The position numbers were made by a program, and so were the translations under genes. Source: Amoebophrya sp. A120 (Eukaryota > Protista > Dinoflagellata). From it: a DNA stretch of 64,000 bases. Below the pieces are notes generated by a model. The model did not search any database and was not told the DNA's origin. It saw nothing but the letters and a program-made list of their open reading frames with translations. Each line of letters starts with the position of its first letter. The stretch's first letter is position 1. Positions 1 to 13,800 of the stretch are shown here, piece after piece. Location: contig CAJINV010000016.1 in assembly GCA_905178155.1 (NCBI GenBank), positions 1,497,824 through 1,561,823 of the forward strand, read 5' to 3'.

Positions 1-3000
1 CGCCCGTGCCGGCAGTCCAGCATCTTTGTTCGCTGTTTCAGCCCTGTGAGCGGCGTCGACGGGGGCGGGAGCAATTGGTGTGCTGCCTTCACCACCTGGA
101 CCGTCATCAACAGACTCGCCCTCCTGGCGATGTTGATCCCGTTCTTCCGTGTTCCGATTCAACATACTCCGCCCCCGGTTCTCCACCTGCATCTTTTGCA
201 GGAACGACCCGCCGGCTTCCCGCAGACTTGTCTTTTCCAAGACCTCGTCGAACGCGTTCGGGATCTGCTCGTGCGGGATTTTACAGAAGGAAATGAAGTT
301 CTTGAACTTCTTCCGGCGAGAGTTTGACCCTGTTTTGTCCAGTTCCGTCTCTTCCTGCAGAGATTCCAGGATCTCGGCGGATTGATCGTTCTCGGATACG
401 TGATTCAACGTAGCGCGCATGGCACGCACGTTGTAGGTGCAACCGTAGGGCATGTCCAACCGGTTTTTGACCTGCCGCACTTGCTTCCGCGGGCCCTTTT
501 CCTTGCCCTTGAAGCGGAACCCGAGCGACTTCAGGGCTTTGTGACAGTCCTGCACGGTGCGAATCATGTGCCTTTTGCCGCACCGGTTTGCCTTGCTCGT
601 TTCCGTCGTAGTACCACTTGTAGGAGCCGCGCGGACGGTGTAGAACGAGCGCATGCAGAGCGGCTTTTTGGCTTTTGCGGACGCGGACTGGCACTCGGTC
701 ACCTTCCCGACGTCTTTTGCGATGTTTCGCCGGGCGTGCTGCACGTAATCTGGCTTGCAGGAATGAATTTTTGCACCATTTGCGCCGGCTTTCTTCTTCT
801 TGATCCCCTGCTGCACAAAGGACGAGGAACTACTCGTGGTCCCAGAACGACCACCAACGGAACCACCTGCAGGCAGCAAGTTCGTGACGCTGAGCCGCAT
901 GTCGCGACACGGTAGCATCCAGGCGTGGGTCTGCGATTTGGGAATGGACCAGGGACCCCCGTTATGCATTGCAAATGTGTCTGGGTCTGGAAGGTTGCAA
1001 TTTAAATTTTGCATGACCCGTGACGTCTGTGATGTATTCCCTAGCATCATAGATTTTCTGAGTGCTTCTTGATGCCTACCTCGCATGAGAAATACCCTGT
1101 CCGCGTAACAAAAACTAGACTATCTTGCTGCTCAGGCAACACATACACAGATTTTTTTGGAATCCAAAACCAGCATCACAAGTTCCACCTTTCCAGACCC
1201 AGACATTTTTGCATTTGATATCCCTCCACGGCCTCGTACTTTTCGTGCGCCTGCTCGTTGAGCTTTGCCAAAATCTTGAACTTCTTCGCCGTCGGCATGC
1301 CCGGGTGGAAAATGTGGATCCATTCATTCCTTTCCCCGCCGTTCACTTCGGACGACAACACCGCGGCGGAATGGAGCAGAGGTAGCGGTTATGCATTACA
1401 AATTTCCTGTACATGTACAAGATGCATCACAAATTTCGCAAATTTGGAGTGTGAAACTTGTCATGCTAAATTAGAATCAGAGCCAAGTTTTGCCATGCAG
1501 AGACCGCATCTGTACGTGTACAGGAAATTTTCTGTGGATAGCGGTAGAATCACCTCCATGAACTCCTGAAACCGGTCGAAGTCTTGTTTTTTCACGGTTT
1601 CCGGGGGAATGAAGTCCTGTTTATTTTCCGAGGCAATCAGGTGCCAGACCGAGTGTGCGTGCTGCAAGAACGTGTTCAATAACGACAAAAATTCCTTCGT
1701 CTGCCCAAAGGGGTTCAAATGCCAAGCGGACTTCAGGTCGTCATCTACCCCTGCCTTGGCATTTTTTGATCCGGAACCAGGATGATGTTTCTTGAGTTCT
1801 TGTGCCAGATTTGACCCAGACAGCGAACAGGGGTTCACCTCAAAACCCGACTTCTCCTGAATCCAGTGGCAGAACACGCTTTCATGGGCGACGCCGAGCT
1901 GCGCCAGACCCGGGGGGAGGCGGTACAGCGAGGTCCAGCCCCGGCTGCCGATGAACTCGTCCATGGTCAGGGTGTCGCCCACTTTCGGTCCCTCCGTGCC
2001 GGGTTCCTGTGGGACCGTCCGGTGCTGGTGGAAGGCATCGATCATGGCTTTATTGGATTTCAAATTCATGTCTGCAAGAAGGTCGGAGGACGCGGACTGC
2101 TGCAAAAAGGTCGTCGCGTTGCCAGTACTTTCGGTATTAACATCAGCGCTGTCAACACCAGCACCACTTGTGTCCTCGACCTTCTTCGGGTCTTCCACCG
2201 CGTCCACGACGACTTCCTTCTTTTTCCGGGGCGCCAGAAACTTCGAGTGGGAACTCAATCCCCACGGGTGCTGGCGGTCGGGCGGCGTGGGCTCGGGGAG
2301 TTTCAGCAACTCATGCTCCATCACCGCGACAGCGGAGTCGTAGAGAACCTCCATGAAACTTGTCATGTGCTGGACTGCGGTTTCCAGATGCTGCTGAAAC
2401 GACGAAGAGCTACTACCAAGCACGACATCCTCCTCGTCGGCGGCGGATTTTTTCCCTTGCTTCGCCATGTGGGCTTGCGGCCCCTTGGAGTTCACGGCGT
2501 TTTTCAAACCAGCGATACCGATATCTCCGTTCAGAAACAGCGTGCCGAATTTCTGGCTCACAACCTCCAGACTCGCTTCCCACGGCGGCGGCGTGCCCTT
2601 CGGACGCAGAATGTCCACGATTTTTCCCAGGAATTCGTCGACTTTCACCGCCGGTTTCGCTTTGTTCCCGTAAGCGTCTTGGTACATGCCGTATTTGCCG
2701 ATCTCGAAAAACTTGTCGCGCGCAACGATCATGCTCTTCAGCAGATTCTCCGCGCTCTGGTCCTGTTTCGCCGAGCCGAAGGGACTCGCGGCGTGCTTGA
2801 GTTGACAGGCAAACGCTTGGAAAATAGGTTGGCTGATGAAGTGCGCAATGTCGTTCCGGAATCCGAGCATCACCGAGCCCATGCCCTGGTTTTTGTACAT
2901 GTAGTTGATCGCCGCGAAGTCCGCAAACTGCGTCATGACATTACTCCACGAACTGTGCCACGACCGCTCGACGAAGTTCAGGACCTCGTGCGTTGCCTGG

Positions 3001-3497
3001 GTTCTCGCAAAGGGGACAAAGTGGGCCAGTTCGGTTGCGTGGTTAAAAGCGTCGGCCACCACCATTTGTCCATTTCCTCCTGTGTGCTGGAGGGCACCGG
3101 CGTTTGCTTGCAGTTTCTGGGCCATGGAGTTCTGCGTCGTAGATCGGTACCCATCGTGGATCGAAAGGGACTTGTCGTGAGTCGGTAAATCGATCGCATT
3201 TGCGCTACCGTCTGTGCGTTCATCGTCTTCTGCGGAACGCACGACCGGCAGGTCTGGTTTCGTTGAGTTGAAGTTTTGCAACAGGAACTCATCCGCCTCT
3301 TCCTTGTCGATCTTCGTATTCGGCAGGTTCTGCCGGTTACGCGAGGTTAGCGGCGGGCGCGCGTGTTGCCGTTGGATCTTGAAGGCCTGAGTCTCTGTGA
3401 CAAGAAGCCCTGTCTCGAGCGCGGCTGCGGCGATGGTCGCGAGTACTGCGGGACGACGCGACATCGAAATGGGCTTGGTTCTACTCAGTGTTGACAT
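1..3497 (-). CDS. Putative secreted protein, 3'-truncated at window edge (>=1026 aa), 2 introner introns
   Basis: ORF 1461..3557 (likely ATG 3497, MSTLSR..., hydrophobic AVLATIAAAALETGLLV) joins in frame across elements 1390-1540 and 963-1220, then stays open to position 1 (...SSSFVQQG...IRTVQDCHKALKSLG...PYGC...GSFLQK). No recognisable family. Confidence 0.75.
963..1220. mobile_element. Introner, family A
   Basis: TIR TATGCATTGCAAATGTGTCTGGGTCTGGAA / TTCCAGACCCAGACATTTTTGCATTTGATA; imperfect DR cccgt/tccct; removal restores frame. Confidence 0.85.
1390..1540. mobile_element. Introner, family C
   Basis: TAT...ATA ends, IR AAATTTCCTGTAC, DR gcggt; spliced product VILPLPLLH. Confidence 0.88.
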
Positions 3498-4479
3498 GGC
3501 TGTGGCGCTGCGTTTTTCTTTTTTCCGTTGGTTAAGGCGCGATGCACCTGCATGCAACGTTGAAGCCTACTCGACGCAGTTGCAAAAGCTTTTACCAATG
3601 TGCGGCGAGGAGGGGGTACTAGAAATTTTCAATTTGAATCATTTGGGGGTGAGTTTTTTCTAAGGGGTGAAAAAAATCTTTTCGAAGTGTCACGTAAAAA
3701 ATTGTTCCAAATGGTTCCTTCTACAAGGTAACATTTAAATGGGGGTCAAGCTTTCTAAACGCTAATGACACTGCAGACGGTGTTGATTGTGAGATAGATG
3801 AAATTGATTCGGCAAGAACATGCCGAGAACGTGAACCATTGTTTACCATTAGCAAAACGGTGCTGCTACCAAGTTCGGCGCGTGCATAAACACGAAACGA
3901 AAGAAGGCACGAAAAAGAACAAGAACGAGAGCGACGCTAGCACAAAAATTGAAAGCATGAACGACACCAACAAGTTGCACGAAGAACCGACAATTTTTCA
4001 TTTCAGGACGACTTAGTACTTGACATTTCTTTACTCGCGAGCGAAGGACGAATACGGAAACGGAGAGGCTATAGCTGAGGCTCTACTTTCTTGCTGGTAC
4101 GACAACTATTTGCAGCAATCAAGAATGAGTGGGCTCTGAAGCATTGCCGACGACAAGGACGAAGACGAACACCCACCACTGAGTCGAAAAACGCATCAAA
4201 CAACACGAACTCACACTACTACGCAGAAAGTGAAGATACGGAGCAGGAGGCTCTACTGCTCGTGCGAAGCAATAAGAGTGTAGTAAGTACTCCCGGCGCT
4301 GCGATATTTTTTCATGCGCTGCTGGCAGCTACATACTCAGGTAACAAGCTCTAGTTTGGTGTAACTGTGGTTGAAGATTGCCTCCCCTGCTCGCCGGGTG
4401 GTGGAGCCGGTCCAAATACTTCTTCTTCGTCGAATCATCAGCAAATCAACACTCCCCACCAGGGAGCTGCCAGCAATTG

Positions 4480-4743
4480 CTACATTCTTTCCACCCCGGT
4501 CCAAATACTCAGGTCTACGTCGTCCAAACCTTCCCTGTCGTGCACGTACTTCAACCGTCGGTCGCAGGTCGATTCGAAGATTTTGATCTCGTCCGTGCAT
4601 TTCCTCAGATCGCCGAGAAATTCCTCGATGCAGCGGCGGAGTGGTTGCATGGTGCAAACGATGTTGTTTGCGTCCGCTTTCTGGTTCTGCTTGGACAGAG
4701 GACCGAGGGAGCGCTGGATCGACTGTTCTGTCGATGTTGACAT
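4480..4743 (-). CDS. Small 87-aa protein with four spaced Cys (CHCH-like)
   Basis: ATG-started ORF on the same strand as all neighbours; CTMQPLRRCIEEFLGDLRKCTDEIKIFESTC resembles twin-Cys helical hairpin proteins. Family not certain. Confidence 0.5.
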   Translation of the reverse strand: MSTSTEQSIQRSLGPLSKQNQKADANNIVCTMQPLRRCIEEFLGDLRKCTDEIKIFESTCDRRLKYVHDREGLDDVDLSIWTGVERM

Positions 4744-5265
4744 TTTGTTGTTCCACTACTGCGATGAGTTTATTGGTGGAACTTTTTTGTTCCTACGCAT
4801 TGGCTGTCTGAAAGATGTCTACAACTCAGTCTCAGTCTACGTCAAGCCTGGACAGACATCCAGAAAAACACATCACAACTCGTCGTCTGCTGATCATGAA
4901 GACGAGGAGGTGCAGCGACGAATTTTCCAACTGCTCTATTCGCTAGAAGTAGTTCGCGCGAACACAATAGCAATCGGTTGTTCCTCTCCTTTGTTCTGGC
5001 CTGCCTTGTTTTGCGATGAACCAAGTGGACGTGCTTGATCTTCCCGTACATCAATCTATTGTCTCTTGTCCGTTTGGAAGAACATAGACATTCAAAATTC
5101 ATCGTACAGGTCAAAAGTAGCTCTGCTCAAATTCAATTCATTCACAACTGGTACACAGTATACAGTGTGGGACAGCTTTAATTCTTCTTCTTGCATGCAT
5201 TTTTTGGTAAGTAAGTCCTTGCGTCTCAACAAACCACCTCGCGCTTCTCCCCATGAAGGCATTCA

Positions 5266-8010
5266 TCACGACAAAACATTTGCCCAATCTTCCAAATCAT
5301 AGCGCACCCGTGACTATCCTGTGCAAAAGTATCGCACTCGTAGTAATCGCAGTCATGCATCACAAATCTGGCTCCCAAGGCACATCAGCATGACAAATTC
5401 AGCATGACAAATTCCATTTGTCACGCTGAGCGAATTTGTAAGTATTGCAATTAGAATTACTACTGCTACGATACTTTTGCAATTCATAGTGCCTGAATCG
5501 ACCCTGTTTCCGGATCGAATTCGTGCACCAATCTGCCCTGATGCACCGGGTCGATCAGTTGCAGGCGATTCAAGTCCTCGTTTTCTATCGGCGGCGCGGA
5601 CGGGCGGATGCTGTTCTCATCGTCGTGACCATCGTCTGGTATTAGAGCAGAGCCGGATGGCAGAATGGCTGGATGGCGTGGGTGGTGTTGGTGTGAAGAT
5701 GTCGAGCTGAAAGTAGAACTTGCAAGGTTTTGATGATTCGAAACCAACGCCGTTGTGGTATAATCATTTCCACCAATTCTTCCCATCCCAATCGCCTCCG
5801 CGAGGTTGTTCGGGAAGTTTTCCTCATCCTCGTGAAACCTGCTTAAGTCTTCCACGATGTACTTCTGGCTGAGCACCTGGATCTGGCCGATCCGCAAGTA
5901 ATCCAGATAGACCTGGTACACCGCGGTAAGAAGTAGAAACAACCCGGTGACAAACCCCATGAAAGTGAACGAAACCGCTAATCCGATTGCGAGGATGAGG
6001 AGGAGAAATTTGTTTTCTTGGAAATACTGCTGAAACAGCACCCGCGTGTTGTGCGCGCAGTTGTGAACGATGCCCCGGTGGGAGGCTGCCGCACGTCCTC
6101 CTCTGGTGCCGCAGCAGCAGCAGGAAAACAAGTTGCAGCAGCAGACCCACATCCTCGGTACGAAACAGCAAAACAGACTCCGGATTGCGAATAGCAAGCG
6201 GAATCTCGGCCCAAACCAGAAAAAGGGCCGGGGCGGGCCCCAGAAGAACCTGCCTCGTCGCCAGCGGTAGTTGTTCCAGCGGTATCGGTTTTGGAACCGT
6301 TGGTACTGCGGACGCAAGACGAACGCGCGCGAACCAAGCCAGGTCGTGTCTTGTTGGGGAAGCGGGTGCTGGTCATTGTTCTGCTGTTCATCCGCGGCCC
6401 GTCGAGTTTCCTGCGCTCGGCTCGATTCTGGTGTTGGCCCCACGACTACATTTTGGCCGCCGCTGGGAACCTGCCCGTGCGGCAATCTTTGCGCGATACA
6501 AGTAGGAGTTGCAGGTGACAGTTGATTGGACGCCGCAAGTATCCCATTCCCACCACCAATTACAGGCCGCATAACGCTCGCCGAATCTTGTTGTGGTTGT
6601 CCATCTCCGCGCACCGACGGTACTCCGAAAATCAGCCGCTTCAACAACCGATACCAGCCGTAGACGCTGTAAACCAGTAGAACGACGCACAAAATCTCCA
6701 CCAAACCATAGACGTAGTACACTCCCTTCCGCCCGTATCGCAAGAAAAAAGTGTTACAGTTACACATTGTGTTGCAGGAGCCGCAAGACAGACAACCTTT
6801 GTCATGCAGGAAATGCTTGCGAGCTTCGTTTCCTTCCTGTTTTCCCTTGTGATCTTCGCAAGTTTTCCCTGCCACACAGAGGAAATTTGTGATGCAGAAA
6901 CTCGAACAAATGTGTAACTGTAACACTTTTTTCTCGTGATAGCCCGAAGAAAAACTCTTCCTCGAAATTGTTCCTCCGAATCCAAGCGGGAAACGCTTTC
7001 CGGAGCTCATCGTGGAGAAAATAGATGTCAATACCCGCGGTAACGACGGCAGATAATATCACCACCAGTTGAAACAGCCAGAAGTAGAAGCAGGATTTTT
7101 TCAGAATCTTCTTTCGAAACTCCGCCTGCTCCCGTTCTCCGTTGCTCGTCACGTTTGTAACTAACCTCAGCTGGTACTCGAAACTGCACTCGCAACAATG
7201 CGTGAACGCAGCGGCGTTGTAGCTCGTTCCGTTTACGCGCCAGGCATCCAGGCATCTGCGGTGCACGAAGCGGCTGTTGAAGTTGTGGCAGAGACAGGGG
7301 GAGATCAGCGCGTTTTCATCATTGAAACTATCTGTAGAAGTCGTGTTGTTGGTGTTAACGAGCTGCGTATCTTCCGTTTCTCCCTCTTCCAGCAAGCAGA
7401 TCCGACACCGTTTTCTCGACTGGCGCGGCTGCTGTTGCTGCAATAACTCATCGCTGTAAACGCGAACTTGCAGGGGGTCGTCGTTTAAAGCGGCTTGTTG
7501 TGCATCTTCTTGTAGTTGTCCCACGACGAAACTGCTTGTTTGTTCGTGTGCCTGCGGGAACCCATCGTGAAAGGAGGTTGGTACAGCAGCGGGCTGACTT
7601 CTGCCGCGAGGTGACGACAAGGTGCCTCCGACTTGTTGGTCATTTTCCAGTAACGGCTGATGCTGTGGGTTTTGACTTAATATCTGTTGCTGCAAAACGC
7701 GCTGGAGTGGAAGCTGGGAGCTACGAGCTGGGTAGGAAAGGCTGTTGTTGATCCCACTAGCATAGCCGTAATTCGGACTAGAAGTAGCGCTCGAGGACGT
7801 CCCAGCATTCGTCGGCAAAACAATTGCGCCGGAAGCAAAAATGTTTCGATTTTCCACTTCCGTCAACACTCGGTGGGGCTGCGCTTGCAGAAACTGGGGA
7901 CGGCTATATTGCAAAGGTTGGATTTGGAAGTTGAGGCCGGGGGTGGACCGGGGAGGCTGGGGATAATTCCCGTTGCCCGTTGGCGGTGAAGGTTGGTGGC
8001 TGTTGTTCAT
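5266..8010 (-). CDS. RING-CH (RINGv/MARCH-type) membrane E3 ubiquitin ligase, ~784 aa
   Basis: CRIC...LISPCLC...FVHRRCLDAW...CCEC followed by several hydrophobic helices. ORFs 6802..8070 and 5484..7031 join after removing 6736-6941 (FFFGRKGVYY); last exon follows 5315-5488 (IQARVRYDLEDWANVLS*). Spliced length 2355 nt is divisible by 3. Confidence 0.85.
5315..5488. mobile_element. Introner, family B
   Basis: TATCCTGTGCAAAAGTATCG...CGATACTTTTGCAATTCATA; DR gtgac/gtgcc. Confidence 0.85.
6736..6941. mobile_element. Introner, family H
   Basis: About 33-bp TIR TATCGCAAGAAAAAAGTGTTACAGTTACACATT; DR gcccg. Confidence 0.9.
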
Positions 8011-8533
8011 CTTCGTAAATGATGTGTTGGTCTTCCTAAATCGCCTCGAGCTTCCTATTAATACTGGCAAATGATGTCAATACCAGATGAAACGGACATT
8101 GTGGGATGGCAGGGGTAAACGTAAATTTTCCTTAGGGATGCTGTGCTGCAATTCTTGACAATCAAAAAAAATCCAGCGGACTAGAAAACATGAAGGAACA
8201 ATCGGACACCTCGAGAACGAAAAAGCAGGCCTTTTTGCAGAAGTTTTTCTCTCTCAGCACAGCCACAGCATTGTTGTTCCCTCGTCGTCACTCTCTCGTG
8301 TCAACACTCCTTTGAACAATAAAATGTAAACTATTCATTTTCATTTCGTATTAATTTACTACGCCCTAGGCCTAGCCTTGACTGTACGTCACTCTGACAT
8401 TGCCAGTTCTTCGACGTGATTCTTTGTATGCAAGGGCTTAATACTAGAGCACAAATCGCAGTAAAAAAACGTTCCATGTCGAGGTAACAGGGCGCCACAG
8501 AGTTGTCACATGGTTTCGTCTCTCACAACTATC

Positions 8534-9646
8534 CTATGCCAAGACATCTTTTTGTTTGTTGAAGTAGGGCCGCAAGACCCACTCCACCTTGCAGTCTTTC
8601 ATATCCAACGTGCCCAATTCTACTCTGTACAACTGCAGGCTGAATCTTGGACCCACTTCCCGCAATTCCACATCTTCCGCCTTCTTGTTCACTTCCGCAT
8701 CGTTATTCGTGGTCAGTCTTCGCTTCTTCATACCAGATTCTTTCCCATCCCCGTAGTTGTAATGCCGAAAATGGATGGTATCCTTGTTGTTCGCAAACGT
8801 CATCACCCGGTTTCCCAACGGCGCGGCTGGGGGGAAGAGTGCTTTAAGTATCGTTGAAACCCGTTTTCCGAACTGAGATTCAAAGTTGTGAAACACCAAA
8901 TGTGGTGCCGCCTCTGACATGTTGTCTGGCTTTTCCGCCAGGTCGTGCCTGAGGATCACGTTTTTCATTCCGAAATACGCTGTTGGTCCGTAGGGAAGAT
9001 GGGAAACAATCAACCCGTCTGGCTCACCACGATGCTCGTGAACGATCACGATATCCGTCACGTCGTTTTTCCTAGCCATATCGACCAGGTCTTTCATCAC
9101 GTAGCTACCTGTAGTTTTAGTGATGGGTTGGGGAAGGTTGACCAACATTAACATTTTCTATGCATCAAGCACATCCACATCATAGAAGCCTCGAGTCGCT
9201 TTCTTGTGATAGAGCACGACTAGGACTACGTACTGCCACGCACTAGGTCGGAGATGAAGAGAACAAATCTACTAGTTGTCAAAAACAATCTTACCTCGGT
9301 TTATCCTCTGCGCGTTGGGCAACAATAATCGGAATTCCTTCACGAAGCTCATCAACCTCGATGACGGTTCCCGGGCTGTCGTTATGACGATTTTGGGGTC
9401 TTTTACCCCCAGATACGCGTATTCGTCATCCAGGACTTGGTGTTGTTCCTTCGTCTTGTCATCGTCCAAATCCAGTTTCTGTCTCAGTTGATCGGCGGAT
9501 TTGTTTCTCAAATCGGTCGGGAGAGCTTTGTTTTCCTCGAGGGCTTCGCGTAATCTCTGTTTCTTGTCAAAAGTCGTCCGCTCCTTCTCCTCCAGCGCCT
9601 TCTGGTAAAGGTACTCCTTCCGCTGACGGGTGGATTTGCGGAGCAT
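8534..9646 (-). CDS. IMP4: U3 snoRNP protein IMP4 (Brix domain), 308 aa
   Basis: MLRKSTRQRKEYLY...DDEYAYLGVKDPKIVITTAREPSSRL...RINRG|SYVMKDL...HEHRGEPDGLIVSHLPYGPTAYF...ELREVGPRF...EWVLRPYFN; one canonical GT-AG intron 9109-9294. Confidence 0.95.
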
Positions 9647-10625
9647 TTTGATTTTCTTCGCGGTTACTGTTGCAAACAAAGTGCAGAAATTTCTTCAGTG
9701 GAAAGAGCAGCTAGTGCTGTGATGTGAAAACAGAGTCGCGAAAACAGACGAGTCTTGGATGGGAGCAGATGATGTTAACCTATCTAGAGTCGTGCGTGTT
9801 CGCTGGTTGTGTCGATGCAGCTGAAAAAGTAAAAGAGAACGATTCGTCCGTGCATTTTTGCTTTGTGTCCAAAGATCATCATCGAGATCAACTAGAACTA
9901 CATTTTCTTCAATTTCTTCACAGTGCAGACGCAGAGCCCTTCTCATAAGCGTTAGGACCTGGATCGCCGATCGCGTTCTTTGATGAAATCATTGTTTGAT
10001 CTCCTTCTACTCCGCGAATATCACAAGTTCTCTGTGAGCAGCTCCATCGCCGGGATCATTTTTTTTTTCGCTTTATTCATCTGAGAAGATCTTTATTAGG
10101 TGTATTCACTTAGAGTTGGAACGATGTTGATCTGGATCTGTATCTCCTCTTTTATTTGCTCAAGACCGGGGTACGACAGACCTTCTTTGCGCAAGCGCGC
10201 TAGAAGGCCCCGCAGCTCCCCTTCGCCTCGCAATCGCAAAGCACTGAGACGCTGACGCGACCTCTGTCGTCGATCGACAGTTAGATTCCTGATTTTGGTA
10301 GTTTATGTGTAGGACAGCTATTATACAACAGCAGCACTCTTCAGTAAAGTAGTCACTGTGTGCTGTTTCAATGAGGCAAGCGCAAGCTTATCAGAACTTT
10401 TCCTGTACATTTACTCGGTGGCTCGTACTACTACTAGCTACTGATTAAGATTGTGATTCAAAAAACGTTTTTTTGAGAATGAAAGAATTCGTACCATACA
10501 TACGCTTCAAGTTGGTTTTTGCGGTGCTCATGAACATGACCTCCACCTCCAACCAACCCAGCATAATATATTGTCTCTAGCATATAAATTGAGTACAGAT
10601 ACAGTCTAGTCGTGTAACAAGTCTG

Positions 10626-10723
10626 TGTAACGCAAGCCGGAAGGAAAAGCATACTTACTACCAAAAGGTTTTGTAACGCAAGCCGGAAGGAAAAGCATAC
10701 TTACTACCAAAATAAAGGTTTTG
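10626..10723. repeat. Tandem duplication, 46-bp period, 2 copies
   Basis: TGTAACGCAAGCCGGAAGGAAAAGCATACTTACTACCAAAA at 10626 and 10672. Confidence 0.85.
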
Positions 10724-10866
10724 TTGAAAATGAATCCTATTTTTGTTTGCAGTTCTTCGTCTTTGGAAAAAAAAAACTACTGCGTTCTTCGATTTTTGAT
10801 TTTGAAAAAATTTGCGCGGCGTCGGCTAAACCTTGATCTTCATTTAGACGACCGCAACTTTTATCA

Positions 10867-13800
10867 CTACTTCGCGATCTTGTTGTAACTAGTCTCCGCC
10901 CAGGTTCTCCTCTGCATCACCTGCGTCCGCAGCTGCTCTCGTTCCTTGACCATTATCTTCATCATTTGCTTTGCCCCGACAACTAACTGCTCCAGGACAC
11001 CGTTGAGCAACAGCAGCTCCCCGTCGGACATCTGATTGCAAACGCCCTCTGTGACAATCGACGCTCCAGCGGGGTAAAGGCGGAGTAAGTCGCCGAGATT
11101 TTCCAAAGGAACAGCGGCGTATTCTTCGAGGAGCCTTTTCGGGATATTAGACGGGATTTTCCAGGGTTCTTGTTGCGGCACGGAAGGAGCCAAACCTGGA
11201 AACGCCGCTGCAGTTGCTCCTGCGCCAGGATGTGCAGCTCCAGGCATGGGAGCTGGGTAAGCACCACCGTAGGCAGCAGCTCCTGCTGCACCAGGCATCT
11301 GATGTTGGGGCGCAACGCCTGGGTACTGCATAGTGCCCCCATGTGGCTGCTGCTGCGCTGCGTAGGGATTGTGGTGCTGGCCACCTCCGTAGGGATGTTG
11401 ACCTGCATGCTGCTTTGCCGCAGGATGGCCTTTTCCTCTGCTCATCCTGTCCTTTTCTTTACCAGCAGCTGCGCCCGTGGTCTCCTCATCTTCCTCCGCA
11501 GAATTCGTGTTCGATCCAATTACACCGCCGAACATCGCCCCGATCCCGGAAACCAATCTGGATCCGAAGTTCGGCAAACCAGAGTCGTCTTCGTTTTCGT
11601 TATCTGCTGTACTTTTCAAAAAATCTTCCGTTTGATTCTTCGAGGCCGAAGAAGTTGACTTCTTCTCTTCCTTACTCGATCCCTTTATCAGCGCTCGATC
11701 CGATTCCTTCGCGATCTTTTTCAGCTGCTCCAGTTGCGACGACCCCTGATCAACATTTGCTGTAGTTTGCAGCACATCCTCCGGTTTTTTCACCTGAAAG
11801 GATCTCTTCGGCGGTTTCGATTTCGTACTACTGTCCTTCGAACTCGCCCCAATCGGCGGCGGTTCTTCGGCAGAAGAGGTTGCTGGCGTGGAGGAAGAGA
11901 AGGAGGGAAGAGCAGCTCCTTTACTGCCAGAATTTTCATCTCGTCCGCCAGATCCACCGGCAAATTTCGGCGTTTGTTTCGGGGCGGGTAGGTTTTTAGC
12001 GACGTTTTTGTCACCACTCGATAAACCTGCTGCGGCAGAACTACCGAGAGCAAGCGCTGGAACAGCAGCAGCAGAAGTACCACTACCATCTTTCTTCTCC
12101 CCGATGGAAGGACTGCGGCTCTTACTCACAGAAGCGCTTCTACTCCTTTCCTTCCGTCTCTCCAACATGGCTCTTTGCTTCGGGGAGTTATCGGTTGCAA
12201 AAGCGGCGCCTAATTCCGTGATCACCGATGGGGAGTTTTTCTGGCAGCTTGTCAACGCGTTTCCCAACTTCGCCAAGATTTTCGGTAGTAACTTCATCGT
12301 CCATTCTGTTGACTCTTCTGTCCAAAGCGCCATGATTTCGTTGTAGTGGTCGGAGGCGACGACTTTGTGCCATTTCGGCCGCTCGAAGACCAAATTGATC
12401 AATTCCAGCGTGATTTCCTTAATGTCGTCGTCCTTGTTCGTTTGGAAACAGTTTGTCACCGCTTTCCGGAACTGCACAATGTCCAGCTCATCTCTTGTCT
12501 CTTCCGCAATTTCCGGCACCCGGGAAAGTAAGATCTCGTACAGCGATTCCCGCTGCTCCAGAAACAGCCGGCACAACCACTGCACCGCCTGCGCTTGCGC
12601 TTTTTTGTCTGCAGAAGGGGTGGAGGCTTTGGGGATGGTGCGCCCGGAGGAGATGGTGGAGGAGTTGTGCGGATCGGTAGAAGTGTTTTCCATGCTGTGA
12701 ACGCCTTCGAAGTTGACATTGAGATTTGACTCCATGATCATCTCCGGCGAGTCGTAGCTGCAGCCTCGTACAGAATCTCCTATTTGGTCGTCGTTGAATG
12801 TGTTGAGTGTCGACATGCTGGAGTTCGAACTTCTAGTCGAGGACGTAGGTGATAGCGAGAGACCCAACGAAGAGTGCCTGCGTCGTGGAGATCGCGAAAG
12901 AGATGGGCCAGAAGATGATGATGATGATGATGTCGAGAGCCGTGGTGTCGTTCCCGCGGGAGCTGCTGACAATTCAGGAGACGAAAAAGGACTCGATGAG
13001 GATGAGGATCCGCCGCCACCCGAACGAGAGTGCAAACTGCTTCTGCGGCCTCCTTCCACTACTTCCTGAAGCCATCGTCCAACAGGAAGGTTATTGTGAT
13101 CACAAAGCACTGGCAGCTCCGCTTTATGCTGCCCCTCCACACGGAAGCTCCCTCTCGAGGGCTGTGGTGCGTCGACCAAATCTTCCAATTCTTGCACCTC
13201 TTCTCGTCCACTGCCCATCTCTACCAAATCTAAACCCAGAGAAGGGACCAGTTCTGTCGGCGTGAATTTCTTCCTGGAAAAATTATTGTGCCTTATCGGC
13301 TCATCGGAATAAAGTCCGTCTTGACTGGCTGGCGACACGGACAGTTTCGAAGTGGTCCCAGAACTCCTGGACTGGCCCAAAGAATCGATCTCATTTCCCG
13401 AAGATGACAAAGGACTACTGTTTCGCGCCGAATTCTTTCCGTTTTGTCCTCTCGCCGACGCTAGCGCGGATGAATCGCGGAAGGCTTCGCGAATTCGTCG
13501 GTGATGGGAAGAGGAAGTACGGTTCTTCGTATTACCAGAACCAGCCTGTCCCTCCGCCTCTTGGTCCTTACCCCGAGAGGCGGCGTGATGAAAGTGTCTC
13601 TCCTTACTCGAAACGGACTGTGATCTGTCTGAGCCCGACACCACTTCCCTTCTTCTCCTCTCCTTGTTCCGCGGTTGCAGTTTGAAAGCGACGGAAGTAG
13701 AACTAGCACCCGCGTTCGACGAGCAACTCCCCGTTTTCGCCTTCACCCTAGCGGATTCCAATTTTTCCTTCAAATTCCGATCGTTCGAGCCACGTAGATC

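Noticed and set aside
963-1220. Tc1/mariner interpretation with a TA target duplication
   Set aside because: Leaving one TA gives GGA TAA (stop) here and breaks SWR1 motifs elsewhere; a 5-bp DR outside TAT...ATA fits all sites.
1866-3188. Long plus-strand ORFs (1866..3188, 41139..41972, 44298..45260, etc.)
   Set aside because: Antisense shadows of the minus-strand CDSs with no recognisable motifs.
10150-10166. TTTGCTCAAG as a dinoflagellate spliced-leader relic
   Set aside because: Short imperfect match to CCATTTTGGCTCAAG, on the strand opposite to the genes.
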